64,000 nucleotides of DNA from a virus (taxonomy: Duplodnaviria; Heunggongvirae; Uroviricota; Caudoviricetes), in the IMG/VR virus record IMGVR_UViG_3300028888_005256. The stretch is one strand, 5' to 3'. The notes beneath the pieces were generated by a model that did not search any database, was not told the origin of the DNA, and saw nothing but the letters and a program-made list of their open reading frames with translations. Numbering within the stretch: position 1 is the stretch's first letter; the number at the start of each line of letters is the position of its first letter. The position numbers and the translations under genes are program-made. Below are positions 7,835-17,525 of this stretch, piece after piece.

Positions 7835-10800
7835 TTAAATCTTGAATATAGAAACTGGCATTGTTGGCTTATCTGTTGGAGCAGGTGTATTAGGACTATT
7901 GCTGTAGACCATAATTCCCTGCTCATTCCAAATCATAAGAATGTCTTTAATAGACTCTACATCTTTCTCTAGTTGACTCTTTGGTCCACCGCTTACTGTA
8001 GGGTTGACTTTGAAGTCGATTGCTGATGCATTTTTCACAACTTCACTTTGAATCTTCTTGTCAAGGTTCTTGTACTCTTTATTGAAGTCTTTAAGGGAGA
8101 GTGCACCGCTTGCAAGAGCAGATGACAATCTTTCTGTTGCGACTGCTAGTCTTACTATTGCATTTCCTGAATCATCAATGCTCGCTGGTGCAATTTGATT
8201 CAAGAAGTCCATTGAGATATTTATGCTCGAGAATGTAGTTGTAAATCCTGCTACAGACTTAGAGATTCTCTCAACTTTAGACACATCACTATTGCTCATG
8301 TCTGTGATAGCTTCAAAAGCAGTAGTAAGATTTGTAAGTTGTTTTTTGATATTGTCTGCTGAAGCAGTTCTGCTAGATGAGAGCTTCAGCATGACTTCAT
8401 TTATTATTCCAAGAGACTCAATGCAAGGTCTGATTTTGTTTACCATGAGATCTTTTGCTCTATCAAGAGTGTCTTCTGGAGATCCCTCCCAAAGTGTCTT
8501 AAATGCGCCTTTGATACCTTCAGGAGTGATGTTTGAAAGAACTGTCTGCAAAGACTTTACAAAGTTCACCATCTTCATAGTGTTGTTGATTGAAACTTGC
8601 ATGTCTTTCATATCTGCAATATTGTCAGCTACATACTTCAAAGAACTTATTGATGGTACAACTTGATCAGACATGAGCTTATTTGCATTAGTAATTTGCT
8701 CAAACGGATCACCAAGGAAGAATTCTCTCAAGCCGCCTGGAGTGAATGACCTCAAGACATCTGTAAGTTTCTTTACAAAATCGGTGACTTTCAAGAGTCT
8801 TTCAATGCTTTGCTCAATATTGTTTATCTGAGATGCTTCTTTAATAGTTTTTGTAACTGAAAGAATTGATTGTGAGACTTCTGGCATAACTTTAATCGTC
8901 TCTACAGCACTCTTTCTTACGCCTTTTACAGACTTCGTAACAAGATTGAATACTGCTAAGAAACCACTATTCTTTCCCTTTACACCACCCATGATTTTCT
9001 TCATCTGAGTGATAGCCATATTTATAGTCTTGTCATCAATCTTCTTGAAGCTTGTAATGAGTCCAGATATTTTTGTGATAGAATCTGCAATAGGGAGAAG
9101 TGCTTGAGAAACAAGTGCAAAGCTTTTTCTTCCCTGCTTGTCCATATTGTTCGCAACTGAAACAAGAGAATTTACAATATTGATGAATGGCTCAAAAGCT
9201 TTGTCCCATCCGCCCATTTGGTCTTCTTGTCTCTTAGCATCAAGATTCATTTTCTGAACTTGAGAAATTGAGTTTGCAATAACAACAATTGCTTCTGAAA
9301 GAGAAGTCAATTTCTTAGCTTGAGCAATTGTTTTGAAGATGCCAGGCAAGTCTATGCTTGTAAGCTGCTTTGCAATGTCACTAAATGCATCAAATCCTTG
9401 CTTACCAAGCTCAGGGTCATATTTGTAGAATTCGTATGTAGTTCCGTCCCAAGTAATCTTACCGCCAGTAGTCATCATTGTTGCAAATGTAAGTGCTTTA
9501 GCCATCAAGATTGTAGTACCAGCTACACCAAGACAAACACCTGCTGCAAGAGCTACAAATGGTCCGACTACAGTAAGAGCTAAACCAAGAGCTGCATAAG
9601 CCGTCAAGAAGCCTGTCATTAAGCCAAGTGATTCAAGGGCTGCGAGGCCCTTGTTTCCTTCTTTCATAGAGAAGTGACCAAGAGGGCCTGCATCCATGTC
9701 TCCGCCTTCAACTGCCCATACTGCTAGGCCAAGTGCAAGACCAAATGAAGCCAATGAAAGAGACATAAGCATTGTAGTTCCTGCAAACAATGCAATATTG
9801 CCTGCAAAGCTGTTTGCAAGAGTTGCTATGAGAACGAATCCGCCTATGAAAGCACCAAACATTCCAAGAGCTTCCCAGACTCTTGCAGTATTTACACCAC
9901 GAACTTTTGCACCGATAACTGGGACTGTGAACTCTGCGCCTTCGTCAAACACCCTGTCAACAATAAGCAATGAAAGAGAGAATACTGCAAGAGCACCAGC
10001 CATTGCCATTGTGCCAACTGCGAATTTTGTGAATTGAGCGCCGTTATTTCCAACAATTCTTGCAACAATGCCCATGCCAATTGCAAATGCTGTGAACATT
10101 CCAATAGCTGTCAAAGCAGACGCAACCTTTATAGCATCAAGCTCAATATTCAAAATAGGAATCTTAAGGCCAGTGCCCTCAAAAATCTTAGATGCAATTG
10201 ACAAAGAAAGCGCAAACACTGCAAGAGAAGATGCGAGCATAAATGAGCCCATTCCAAATTGCGCAAACTCTTTTGTGCTTTCTCCTGCTAATTTTGCTAA
10301 GCCAGTCACGCCAGCCATAAATGCACCAAATGTAACAAGTGCAGCAATAGCACCACCAAGATTTATTCCTGGGAGGTCAATAATGCCAGGTACATTGATT
10401 GATCCGCCACTAAAAATAGAAGATGCAATATAAAGAGAAACTGCAAATGTACTCAAAGCAGCAGACATGAGCATAGAGCCTTCTGCAAATGACACAAGAT
10501 TTTCTTTTTCAGGTTTGAGCAACTTTGCTAAGCCAACCATTCCTACAGTAAAAGCAGTGAAAGCGAGCAAGCCAACAATAGCTTTGCCCCAGTTTACAAA
10601 ATTAAATATAAGAGTAGCACCTGCAAAAGCTAGCAAAGCAACACCTAAAGCTGCAATGCCTGATACGCCCTCTAGCAGTCCTTTGAAGAATCCCGAGATT
10701 CCCCCGCCTTTTTTCTTTTTATCACTGCTTGTGTTCTTTGCAATTTCGTCAAGTTTCCACCAAATGAGAGCAAGACCTGTACCGAAATCACCCTTGTTTG

Positions 10801-11182
10801 CACTTTGAAACTCTACAGCTGCAGATTCTTTTATGTTCTTCTTTGTTTTTGCTTGTATTGCACTTCCGCCAGAAATATCTTCTGCTTGGCTAAAGAAGTC
10901 TGAATCTAGGCCTTGAAAAAGATCTCCATCTGAAGAGTCTTGATTGTCTTTCTCTTTTTCATTATTAGAAAGAATCTGATCACCAGAAACAGGCGCGATT
11001 GCAGCAGCTAATGAATCGAGTGTTTCTTTGAAGTAGCCATTTTTTCCGAAAGCTTCAATAAGCTCATCAAGCTTATCACCATTGCTTCTAGAGACATCAA
11101 TGCCTTCATTTATAGAACTATCAACGCTATCCATGCCACTGTCTATATTAGAAAGTGGTCCTAGTAAATTATCTGCTGCCAT
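7835..11182 (-). CDS. tail tape measure protein
   Basis: 1115 aa, Ala/Gly/Leu-rich helices with roughly 80-aa repeats (FAVSLYIASSIF / FALSLSIASKIF / FSLSLLIVDRVF); upstream of baseplate genes. Confidence 0.65.
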   Translation of the reverse strand: MAADNLLGPLSNIDSGMDSVDSSINEGIDVSRSNGDKLDELIEAFGKNGYFKETLDSLAAAIAPVSGDQILSNNEKEKDNQDSSDGDLFQGLDSDFFSQAEDISGGSAIQAKTKKNIKESAAVEFQSANKGDFGTGLALIWWKLDEIAKNTSSDKKKKGGGISGFFKGLLEGVSGIAALGVALLAFAGATLIFNFVNWGKAIVGLLAFTAFTVGMVGLAKLLKPEKENLVSFAEGSMLMSAALSTFAVSLYIASSIFSGGSINVPGIIDLPGINLGGAIAALVTFGAFMAGVTGLAKLAGESTKEFAQFGMGSFMLASSLAVFALSLSIASKIFEGTGLKIPILNIELDAIKVASALTAIGMFTAFAIGMGIVARIVGNNGAQFTKFAVGTMAMAGALAVFSLSLLIVDRVFDEGAEFTVPVIGAKVRGVNTARVWEALGMFGAFIGGFVLIATLANSFAGNIALFAGTTMLMSLSLASFGLALGLAVWAVEGGDMDAGPLGHFSMKEGNKGLAALESLGLMTGFLTAYAALGLALTVVGPFVALAAGVCLGVAGTTILMAKALTFATMMTTGGKITWDGTTYEFYKYDPELGKQGFDAFSDIAKQLTSIDLPGIFKTIAQAKKLTSLSEAIVVIANSISQVQKMNLDAKRQEDQMGGWDKAFEPFINIVNSLVSVANNMDKQGRKSFALVSQALLPIADSITKISGLITSFKKIDDKTINMAITQMKKIMGGVKGKNSGFLAVFNLVTKSVKGVRKSAVETIKVMPEVSQSILSVTKTIKEASQINNIEQSIERLLKVTDFVKKLTDVLRSFTPGGLREFFLGDPFEQITNANKLMSDQVVPSISSLKYVADNIADMKDMQVSINNTMKMVNFVKSLQTVLSNITPEGIKGAFKTLWEGSPEDTLDRAKDLMVNKIRPCIESLGIINEVMLKLSSSRTASADNIKKQLTNLTTAFEAITDMSNSDVSKVERISKSVAGFTTTFSSINISMDFLNQIAPASIDDSGNAIVRLAVATERLSSALASGALSLKDFNKEYKNLDKKIQSEVVKNASAIDFKVNPTVSGGPKSQLEKDVESIKDILMIWNEQGIMVYSNSPNTPAPTDKPTMPVSIFKI

Positions 11183-11234
11183 TAAGAAATTAGTAAAAAT
11201 CGAGAAAGACTGAACTTTGAATGTGCAAATCTAT

Positions 11235-11284
11235 AAAACATATATACAAATGTATATTATACATCTTAAAAACATATATACAAA
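11235..11284. repeat. 16-bp direct repeat flanking an inverted repeat
   Basis: AAAACATATATACAAA at 11235-11250 and 11269-11284; TGTATA-T-TATACA at 11251-11263. Confidence 0.75.
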
Positions 11285-11295
11285 ATTATAATATA

Positions 11296-11383
11296 CGAAT
11301 TCGTCAACTATTAATGGCCACGCTCACGCTATAAGGGAGGGGGGTTGGTTGGTCGCTATTAATTATTAATTATTAATTTAAAT
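11296..11383 (-). repeat. dispersed bipartite element copy E2 (core 11296-11317)
   Basis: reverse complement of AATTAATAGC...CCATTAATAGTTGACGAATTCG. Confidence 0.9.
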
Positions 11384-11426
11384 TTCTAGATCTGTTAATA
11401 TTTTTTAATAGGAGATTTATTGAACT

Positions 11427-12008
11427 ATGAGTGGTCTTAATTGGACGATTGGTGATATTGATGAGATGAAAAATTATGATGTCTTTACAACAAAGACTAT
11501 TAGAAAAATTGCACCAGATGGTGACAAAGTATCTTTTACTAAAATTTGCATGAAGAATGCTGTAGCAGTCATGGTTTTCAATACTATGACAAAGAAATTT
11601 GTTTTAGTAAAAGAATGGAAGCATGGCCTTGACAAAGTACTTGTTGAGTGCTATACAGATTTTATTGAAGACAATGAAGAAAGTGCTGATGCTGCTCTTA
11701 AAATTGTAGAAAACAAATTGAAATGCACAAATGCAAGAATTGCAGCACAGTTGTTTTCAGGCTCAATGAATCCTGATTTGTCTGACATGCATATTGACGG
11801 TTATCTTGTATTCGTAGACAGCAGAGAATCCTCAAACAACTTGCCCTACACTGAAGTAATCGAACTTCCAGAAGAAGAAATGTTCCAGACAATTGCAGAA
11901 GCAGATTCAGCTATCTGGCAGAAGCTTATGCTCTTTAATTACACAGCTATTCTTCGCAAAGTAGCTGAAGTTCAGAAAGCAAAAGCAGAAGATCTAGAAA
12001 AACTCTAA
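11427..12008 (+). CDS. NudF/ADP-ribose pyrophosphatase-like protein with degenerate Nudix box
   Basis: NAVAV...FVLVKEWK...VE...IEDNEESADAAL matches the NudF layout, but REUXEEXG is replaced by KIVENKLK. Confidence 0.6.
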   Translation: MSGLNWTIGDIDEMKNYDVFTTKTIRKIAPDGDKVSFTKICMKNAVAVMVFNTMTKKFVLVKEWKHGLDKVLVECYTDFIEDNEESADAALKIVENKLKCTNARIAAQLFSGSMNPDLSDMHIDGYLVFVDSRESSNNLPYTEVIELPEEEMFQTIAEADSAIWQKLMLFNYTAILRKVAEVQKAKAEDLEKL

Positions 12009-12050
12009 GAGCAACTTTATTATATTATTATAGCAAAGGAGATTCTTGCT

Positions 12051-12185
12051 ATGAGTAAAGTAGAGATGATTAAGAAAATGATTTCAGATGGTTCTTACGA
12101 TGTAGACAGTGCAGTAAAAACACTTGCAGAAAAAGCTGTTCTCATCAATGAAGTTTTTGGCTCTGTCTGGGGCATTGCACTCTAA
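12051..12185 (+). CDS. 44-aa FlgM C-terminal-like (anti-sigma-28-like) peptide
   Basis: not in the ORF track; AAGGAG RBS, TATTATATTA promoter motif; MSKVEMIKKMISDGSYDVDSAVKTLAEKAVLINEVFGSVWGIAL resembles FlgM (K/R)VE.IK..I..G.Y.VD...IA.K. Confidence 0.55.
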   Translation: MSKVEMIKKMISDGSYDVDSAVKTLAEKAVLINEVFGSVWGIAL

Positions 12186-12205
12186 GCAAGAATCACTAAA
12201 TTTCT

Positions 12206-12679
12206 ATGAAAGAAGAACAATACAAAATATTACCAAACGGACATGAAGTTACTTGCGCAGTAATCATTATTGGAGACAACGAGCAGATTCTTGGTTGTCA
12301 TTCAACTGGAAAGTCTTTTACTCTTGGTTCTTATGATTTACCAAAGGGTCACTCAGATGAAGGTGAAGACGATTTAGACGCTGCAGTTCGTGAAGTCAAA
12401 GAAGAGACAGGCTGGGACATTTCTGGCTTTAGAGATCGCATTGTAGATCTTGGAATTGTCCAGTACGTTTCTAAGAAAGATTTGCATGGATTCTTGCTGC
12501 AGTTATCTAATGAAGAGCTAAAAGACATAGAACATCTAAAGTGTAAGTCATTCTTTGACAGAAATGGCGTAAAGCTTCCAGAAGTAAATGGATTCAGATA
12601 TATCCAAAAATCTGAAAGAAACTTATTTTTCCAGTCCATTCAGAATGCACTTGTAAGACTAGGAGTTTCAGATGAGTAA
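12206..12679 (+). CDS. Nudix hydrolase (intact box)
   Basis: LPKGHSDEGEDDLDAAVREVKEETG = GX5EX7REUXEEXG. Confidence 0.9.
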   Translation: MKEEQYKILPNGHEVTCAVIIIGDNEQILGCHSTGKSFTLGSYDLPKGHSDEGEDDLDAAVREVKEETGWDISGFRDRIVDLGIVQYVSKKDLHGFLLQLSNEELKDIEHLKCKSFFDRNGVKLPEVNGFRYIQKSERNLFFQSIQNALVRLGVSDE

Positions 12680-13562
12680 GAATTTTTCAGCTTCTAGAAT
12701 CGGGTGCTTTACAGATTGTATTCTTAAGTATAAGTTTACTTATGTAGACGGTCTGAAACGAAGTGATGATGAAGTCTGTATGGCTGCTTTGAAAGGTAGC
12801 TGCTTTCATGAGACAGTAGAACATTATCACACAGGAATGTCTAAAGAAGAAATTACAAGTCTTCTTGAGAAGAAGATTGAAAAGTACGGCATTTATGCAA
12901 AAGAATATCTTGATGAGAACGGAAAGCCAATTTATAATGAGCATGAAGCTTTGGAGAGATTCCTTGTATGGTGGGAAAGATTTGTAAAGCCTCTTGAAGA
13001 ACAAGGCTACAAGTTCTCACCAGAAGAGTGGAAGAAGATGAGTATTCTTCGTCAGCCATTTGTAGGTGCTCTTGATGTTCAGCTTATGCCTAAGATTCCT
13101 GGTCAGATTGGTAAGCCAATTTATATCGTAGACTACAAGTCGGGTAAGACAACAGACGCACAGAAGTATAAGAATCAGCAGCTTTTGTATGCGTACTTTA
13201 TTGGACGAGAAAATGGCTGGAATTTTGAAGAAACAGCTAGAAATGTAAAGTGCTATATTTTCTTCCCGTTTGCAGAGCCTGGCCGCTCACCCGAGATTGC
13301 ACTCCGTCTTTTCAAAGAGATTAGGTACGATAGTGATGATTTACGACACATAATCGAAGACTACTACGGTGAGAACATAAAGAAGATTCTTGGAACAGAC
13401 TGGTCGACAATTGGTCCAGATAGTGGAAAAGAGTCTTTTGGCTGTAGATGGTGTCCTTTTGCTGGAGCTCCTGCTTCAGAAAATTTTTGTGGCTGCAATA
13501 TCTCTAAAAAGCTCAATATAGAATGGCCAGAGGGAGTTAAAATTATCTCAGTTGGTGACTAA
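12672..13562 (+). CDS. PD-(D/E)XK RecB-family exonuclease with Fe-S cysteines
   Basis: SASRIGCFTDCILKY, GALDV, IVDYKSG, CRWCPF...C. Confidence 0.8.
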   Translation: MSKNFSASRIGCFTDCILKYKFTYVDGLKRSDDEVCMAALKGSCFHETVEHYHTGMSKEEITSLLEKKIEKYGIYAKEYLDENGKPIYNEHEALERFLVWWERFVKPLEEQGYKFSPEEWKKMSILRQPFVGALDVQLMPKIPGQIGKPIYIVDYKSGKTTDAQKYKNQQLLYAYFIGRENGWNFEETARNVKCYIFFPFAEPGRSPEIALRLFKEIRYDSDDLRHIIEDYYGENIKKILGTDWSTIGPDSGKESFGCRWCPFAGAPASENFCGCNISKKLNIEWPEGVKIISVGD

Positions 13563-13574
13563 TTTTATTACATT

Positions 13575-13817
13575 ATGAAATCAACAACTGAGAAACTTTT
13601 TAACAAAGCAAACGAGACATTCAATAATAAGAAGTGCTCTGTCGGAATTCGATGGGGCGAGTGTCTTTGGAACACTGTAGAAGAGTATGCAAAAAATAAC
13701 GACAATGAATTGTATGATTTGCTCTACTCTTGGAGAGGCGGAGAAAATGATTGTTTCTTCGATGACAAAAAGACTACAAATTTTATAGAGTCGTTAGACA
13801 GATTCTTCAAGGAGTGA
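13575..13817 (+). CDS. hypothetical protein
   Basis: 80-aa ORF, ACTAATTTT motif upstream. Confidence 0.6.
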   Translation: MKSTTEKLFNKANETFNNKKCSVGIRWGECLWNTVEEYAKNNDNELYDLLYSWRGGENDCFFDDKKTTNFIESLDRFFKE

Positions 13818-15376
13818 TTAAGATGCAAGATTCAGACAAGAAACAAGAATGTCAATGTTCTAGCGGATTTTCTGCATGTGCACCAGAACATGTAGTTGGT
13901 GTTCAAAAACAAGAATTCTGGCCAACAGAGAATGTCTACACACGAATGAATGAGATGATCGATTTTATAAAGCCAGAAGCAGCTCTAGAGCTTGTAGATG
14001 CAGGCTTATCTATTGGAGCTAATACAGCAGATGTTTCTGAAGAGACCGACTATTCTATCTCACAAGACCCAGAAATGAGCAGAGTTCAAGAGTCTCTTTC
14101 AGATAGTGATACAATTGACTCATACATCATAGACTATCTCAATACTCATGATGAACCCTCATTTGAAGAATTTTGCACAGAATCAAATCTAGAGGGCAAC
14201 TTTAGACTAAGACAGAAATTTGAAAAGATTCTTGAAGAAAATAAGCCAGTTAGTGAATCAGACTACTCAAGCGCAGCATTAAGTCTTCTTAACGCATCTG
14301 AAAATTACCATGAGAGCTCTAAAGGTCCTGCTGAATCAGCTCAAGAGAAATTTGATACTATTTATGATTGTGTTTGCGGTGTGCTTATGGGAAATTCTCT
14401 TAAGAAACACTTCTTCTTGGCTGGCGATGCTGGGTGCGGAAAGTCACACACAGTAAAAACTTGCTTTAACCAAAACTGGGGCGCATCTCCTCTAAGAAAA
14501 GAGGGCTGGATCTATACATTTGACAAGGGCTCTGTTGGTAAGTCTTTGTCAGCTTTGACTGCATACCTCTATTCTCATAGAGACAGAGAAGTAATTGTTC
14601 TCGATGACTGTGATGGATTCTTAATGAGCAGCAATGACGATATAATGAATCTTCTTAAAGGTGTGCTTGACACAGAAAACACTTTAGAGAATCTTCAACC
14701 AATCAGCACTGATCCAAACATTAGGTCTCTTGGCGGAAAATACATCACTCCAAGGCCGAAAAGAGACACAATCGCGTACAAACCGATTAGAGAATGCAGG
14801 ATTGACTCTCACTTTGACGGAACAGAGCTCACAGTAAGCGTAAATGGTCACACATTTAGAGAGTCTGCAGACAAGGGGCCTCAGCTTCCAGAGAGCTTTA
14901 CATTCTCATCTCGTCTTATTATGATTTCTAATCTTTCCCCAAAAGACATTGATGATGCATTCCGCTCAAGATGTACAGTATATGCGCTTACTCTAACTCA
15001 TAAAGAGTTTGCAGCACATCTTTCTAAAATCATATCTGGAATGATGGAAGAGCTAGAGACTAGACTTGATAAGAATCTTGTTCGTCAAATTCGAGATACA
15101 GTTTACGAGTGGTTTGCCTCTTTGATTGAGCTTGAGGGCAAAGAGATTTTCGGTCGAAAAGTTGTCATAAAATGTCCTCTTCAGTTCAGATTGATTCCCG
15201 ACTTTGCGCAGTTCTTCTATGTTGCAATGATGTCTTATATTCAGAAATATAAAAATGATTTGAGACAAGTACCATCAGAAAAGAAATTTGAAGTGATAGC
15301 TCAAGGCATTCAGCCTAGAGTAATTCTGCAAATGCTTGATACTCTAAGTGATTCTGTCTACATTGCTAAAAAGTAA
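13814..15376 (+). CDS. AAA+ ATPase with acidic N-terminal extension
   Basis: Walker A GDAGCGKS, Walker B VIVLDDCD, sensor-1-like IMISN, Arg-finger FRSRC. Confidence 0.8.
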   Translation: MIKMQDSDKKQECQCSSGFSACAPEHVVGVQKQEFWPTENVYTRMNEMIDFIKPEAALELVDAGLSIGANTADVSEETDYSISQDPEMSRVQESLSDSDTIDSYIIDYLNTHDEPSFEEFCTESNLEGNFRLRQKFEKILEENKPVSESDYSSAALSLLNASENYHESSKGPAESAQEKFDTIYDCVCGVLMGNSLKKHFFLAGDAGCGKSHTVKTCFNQNWGASPLRKEGWIYTFDKGSVGKSLSALTAYLYSHRDREVIVLDDCDGFLMSSNDDIMNLLKGVLDTENTLENLQPISTDPNIRSLGGKYITPRPKRDTIAYKPIRECRIDSHFDGTELTVSVNGHTFRESADKGPQLPESFTFSSRLIMISNLSPKDIDDAFRSRCTVYALTLTHKEFAAHLSKIISGMMEELETRLDKNLVRQIRDTVYEWFASLIELEGKEIFGRKVVIKCPLQFRLIPDFAQFFYVAMMSYIQKYKNDLRQVPSEKKFEVIAQGIQPRVILQMLDTLSDSVYIAKK

Positions 15377-15379
15377 TTT

Positions 15380-16747
15380 TTAGATATGTCTTCCAACTAG
15401 AGGATTGTAAGAATTGATTTTTTTGGGAGTAGGAGCTGGATTTACCGACTTTCTACTCTCTTCTTTTATGTAGACATTAGAAGTTTCGTCAATTTCTTCA
15501 AGAATATCTGGCGTAGTGAAAGTGTACCTTACAATATTTGTAGTCCCGTTTGTTGAATACATAATAAAAGTACATTCATAAGTAGAACGAGGATAAAGAC
15601 AAGGTATCTCTAAGTGGTCTGCATCACAATCGTCAAGTGTCACATTTTCATGCCCAGGCACAAGCACAGTGCAATAATCAAAGAATTTTCTATCTGCTTT
15701 CTTTATGTTGATGTCAAGCCAAGCAACAACTTCTGTATTATTTATGTCACCATGCTTGATGATTCTTGACTTAGCTTTATTAAACTCAAGATGATTGAAT
15801 GTGACTTCTTCAGTTTCTGAGAAATATCCTCTTATTATGTCTCTTGTGTCTGTAGACGGCAATTTCATTACTGCATTCTTAGCTTCTTCATCAGTGATTA
15901 CAGTAGAAGGAGAGCAAATTCGTCTAATGTTTGCTTGGATGTCTTCATTTGAAAAGTCAACATCGTCAGTATTTTTCTTCCAATTGAATTTCTCACAGAA
16001 AAAGTCGAGGTCTACTTCATTAGTGATATAGATATTGTCATTTGACTCAGACCAGCTGTCATCATAAGTAGGAGAGAATCGAACTGGGAGAGAGATAACT
16101 TTGTTGCTCTTGTTTATGAGCAATTCGTATGAGCGAACTTTGCACTCTATCTCAACAGGATAGATTTTTTGCTTTTCAAGCCAATCTGTGCTTTTCCATT
16201 CTGGCTTAGAGTCTACTTTCTCTATTGTCACAAACACTGGAATGCCAATCATATTGCCACGCCAGCTTCTTCCTGTGTAAAGTCTAGCAGGTCCTTTTGG
16301 GCTTGCTTCCCAATTAAGCTTTTGAACTGCTTGTCGCACATCGTCTCGTCTTGAGAAAAACAACATAACTTTGAAGCTTGCCATTACAGCTCTTGATCTA
16401 ACGTATCTTCTAAGTTCTTGTGAATACTGTCCAAGAAGAATTTGACCAGTTTGAGTAGCAGCTGGTCTGTCATCATTCTCCCAGTCACTAGATTGATAAT
16501 ATGCACCAAAAGGCAGTTGAAGACTTATCGGAGACAAATCAAGTTTCTCTAGCTTTTTCTGGTCTAGCAAGTCTGTTCTTCGTCTAAAGATAAAATCTGG
16601 CATTGAGTAGAAGATTCTTGTAGTGTCATTAAAGAACAGCACTTTTGATAGATATTGCTCTAGACAAACTTTTGCTGAATCATGAATGTCTATAAAGCTC
16701 TTTGCATCTTCATAATAATATGCTTTTACTTGTTTCTCTACTGCCAT
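15380..16747 (-). CDS. putative tail completion/terminator (gp15-like) protein with beta-sandwich C-terminus
   Basis: 455 aa, ACTAA motif upstream; weak resemblance only (LP.GAY, FKVMLFF, FVTIEKV). Confidence 0.35.
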   Translation of the reverse strand: MAVEKQVKAYYYEDAKSFIDIHDSAKVCLEQYLSKVLFFNDTTRIFYSMPDFIFRRRTDLLDQKKLEKLDLSPISLQLPFGAYYQSSDWENDDRPAATQTGQILLGQYSQELRRYVRSRAVMASFKVMLFFSRRDDVRQAVQKLNWEASPKGPARLYTGRSWRGNMIGIPVFVTIEKVDSKPEWKSTDWLEKQKIYPVEIECKVRSYELLINKSNKVISLPVRFSPTYDDSWSESNDNIYITNEVDLDFFCEKFNWKKNTDDVDFSNEDIQANIRRICSPSTVITDEEAKNAVMKLPSTDTRDIIRGYFSETEEVTFNHLEFNKAKSRIIKHGDINNTEVVAWLDINIKKADRKFFDYCTVLVPGHENVTLDDCDADHLEIPCLYPRSTYECTFIMYSTNGTTNIVRYTFTTPDILEEIDETSNVYIKEESRKSVNPAPTPKKINSYNPLVGRHI

Positions 16748-16953
16748 AAAAAGTTAGTCTCTTCGAAAAAATAGTACTAATTAAAAAGATTCAATGATAC
16801 TTGAATTTCAATCAAAAGTTCTAAAAAGAAGTTCTTTTTAAGAATTCTTTGAAAGTGCTTTTGTTTAGAAATATCAGTCTACGTATGTAGCTGAAATTAT
16901 TGGCTTAGGGATGCGGCCATTACAAAAGACCCTACTTTATAAGGAGTTTCGTT

Positions 16954-17448
16954 ATGAACGATCTCATGTTCCATTCACCTTTTTCAATCTTTGATGACAT
17001 TATCGGAAAAGCCTTTGATGACTTTTATGAGCCAGCAAACAAGCTCACAAAAGAAATCTGCAGCAATGTGTTCCCGCCCTCAGACTTGTATGAAGACTCC
17101 AGCGATGGTTCATTCGTTATTGAAGCAGCTCTTGCAGGTTGCAAAGAAGAAGACATTCAAGTTGGCTATGAGAGCAACTATGTCAATGTCACTGTAGCAC
17201 CTAGTGCTGAAGACAAAGACAAAGTCATTTTCCAGCGTGGCATCAAGAGAAGACAGAGCGAATCAACTACATCTTACTTTGTAGATCCTACAAGATACGA
17301 TGCAAATGAAATCACTGTCACTTTTGAAAACGGTATGCTTAGAATCAAAGTACCTGCTCTTAAGACAAGAGCTAAGAAACAGCTTTTTGGAATCAATGGA
17401 AAGGCTCCAAAAGCTCTTCCTGAGAAGACTGATAAAGAAAGCAAGTAA
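16954..17448 (+). CDS. hsp20: small heat-shock protein, Hsp20/alpha-crystallin family
   Basis: FPPSDLYE, FVIEAALAG..EEDIQV, FQRGI.RR, FENGMLRIKVP; AAGGAG RBS. Confidence 0.9.
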   Translation: MNDLMFHSPFSIFDDIIGKAFDDFYEPANKLTKEICSNVFPPSDLYEDSSDGSFVIEAALAGCKEEDIQVGYESNYVNVTVAPSAEDKDKVIFQRGIKRRQSESTTSYFVDPTRYDANEITVTFENGMLRIKVPALKTRAKKQLFGINGKAPKALPEKTDKESK

Positions 17449-17467
17449 TCTGCTTTAATGTTCAGAA

Positions 17468-17497
17468 AGAGGCACTCTTTTATGGGGTGCCTTTTTT
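17468..17497 (+). terminator. intrinsic terminator after hsp20
   Basis: AGGCACTC-ttttat-GGGGTGCCT plus T-run. Confidence 0.75.
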
Positions 17498-17525
17498 AAT
17501 GCACTCGTCTACTAACTGTATTAAG

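Noticed and set aside
12672-13562. Cas4 call
   Set aside because: The Fe-S RecB-like nuclease has no cas context; such exonucleases are common in phages
16776-16953. CIRCE operator before hsp20
   Set aside because: TTAGCACTC-N9-GAGTGCTAA is not present
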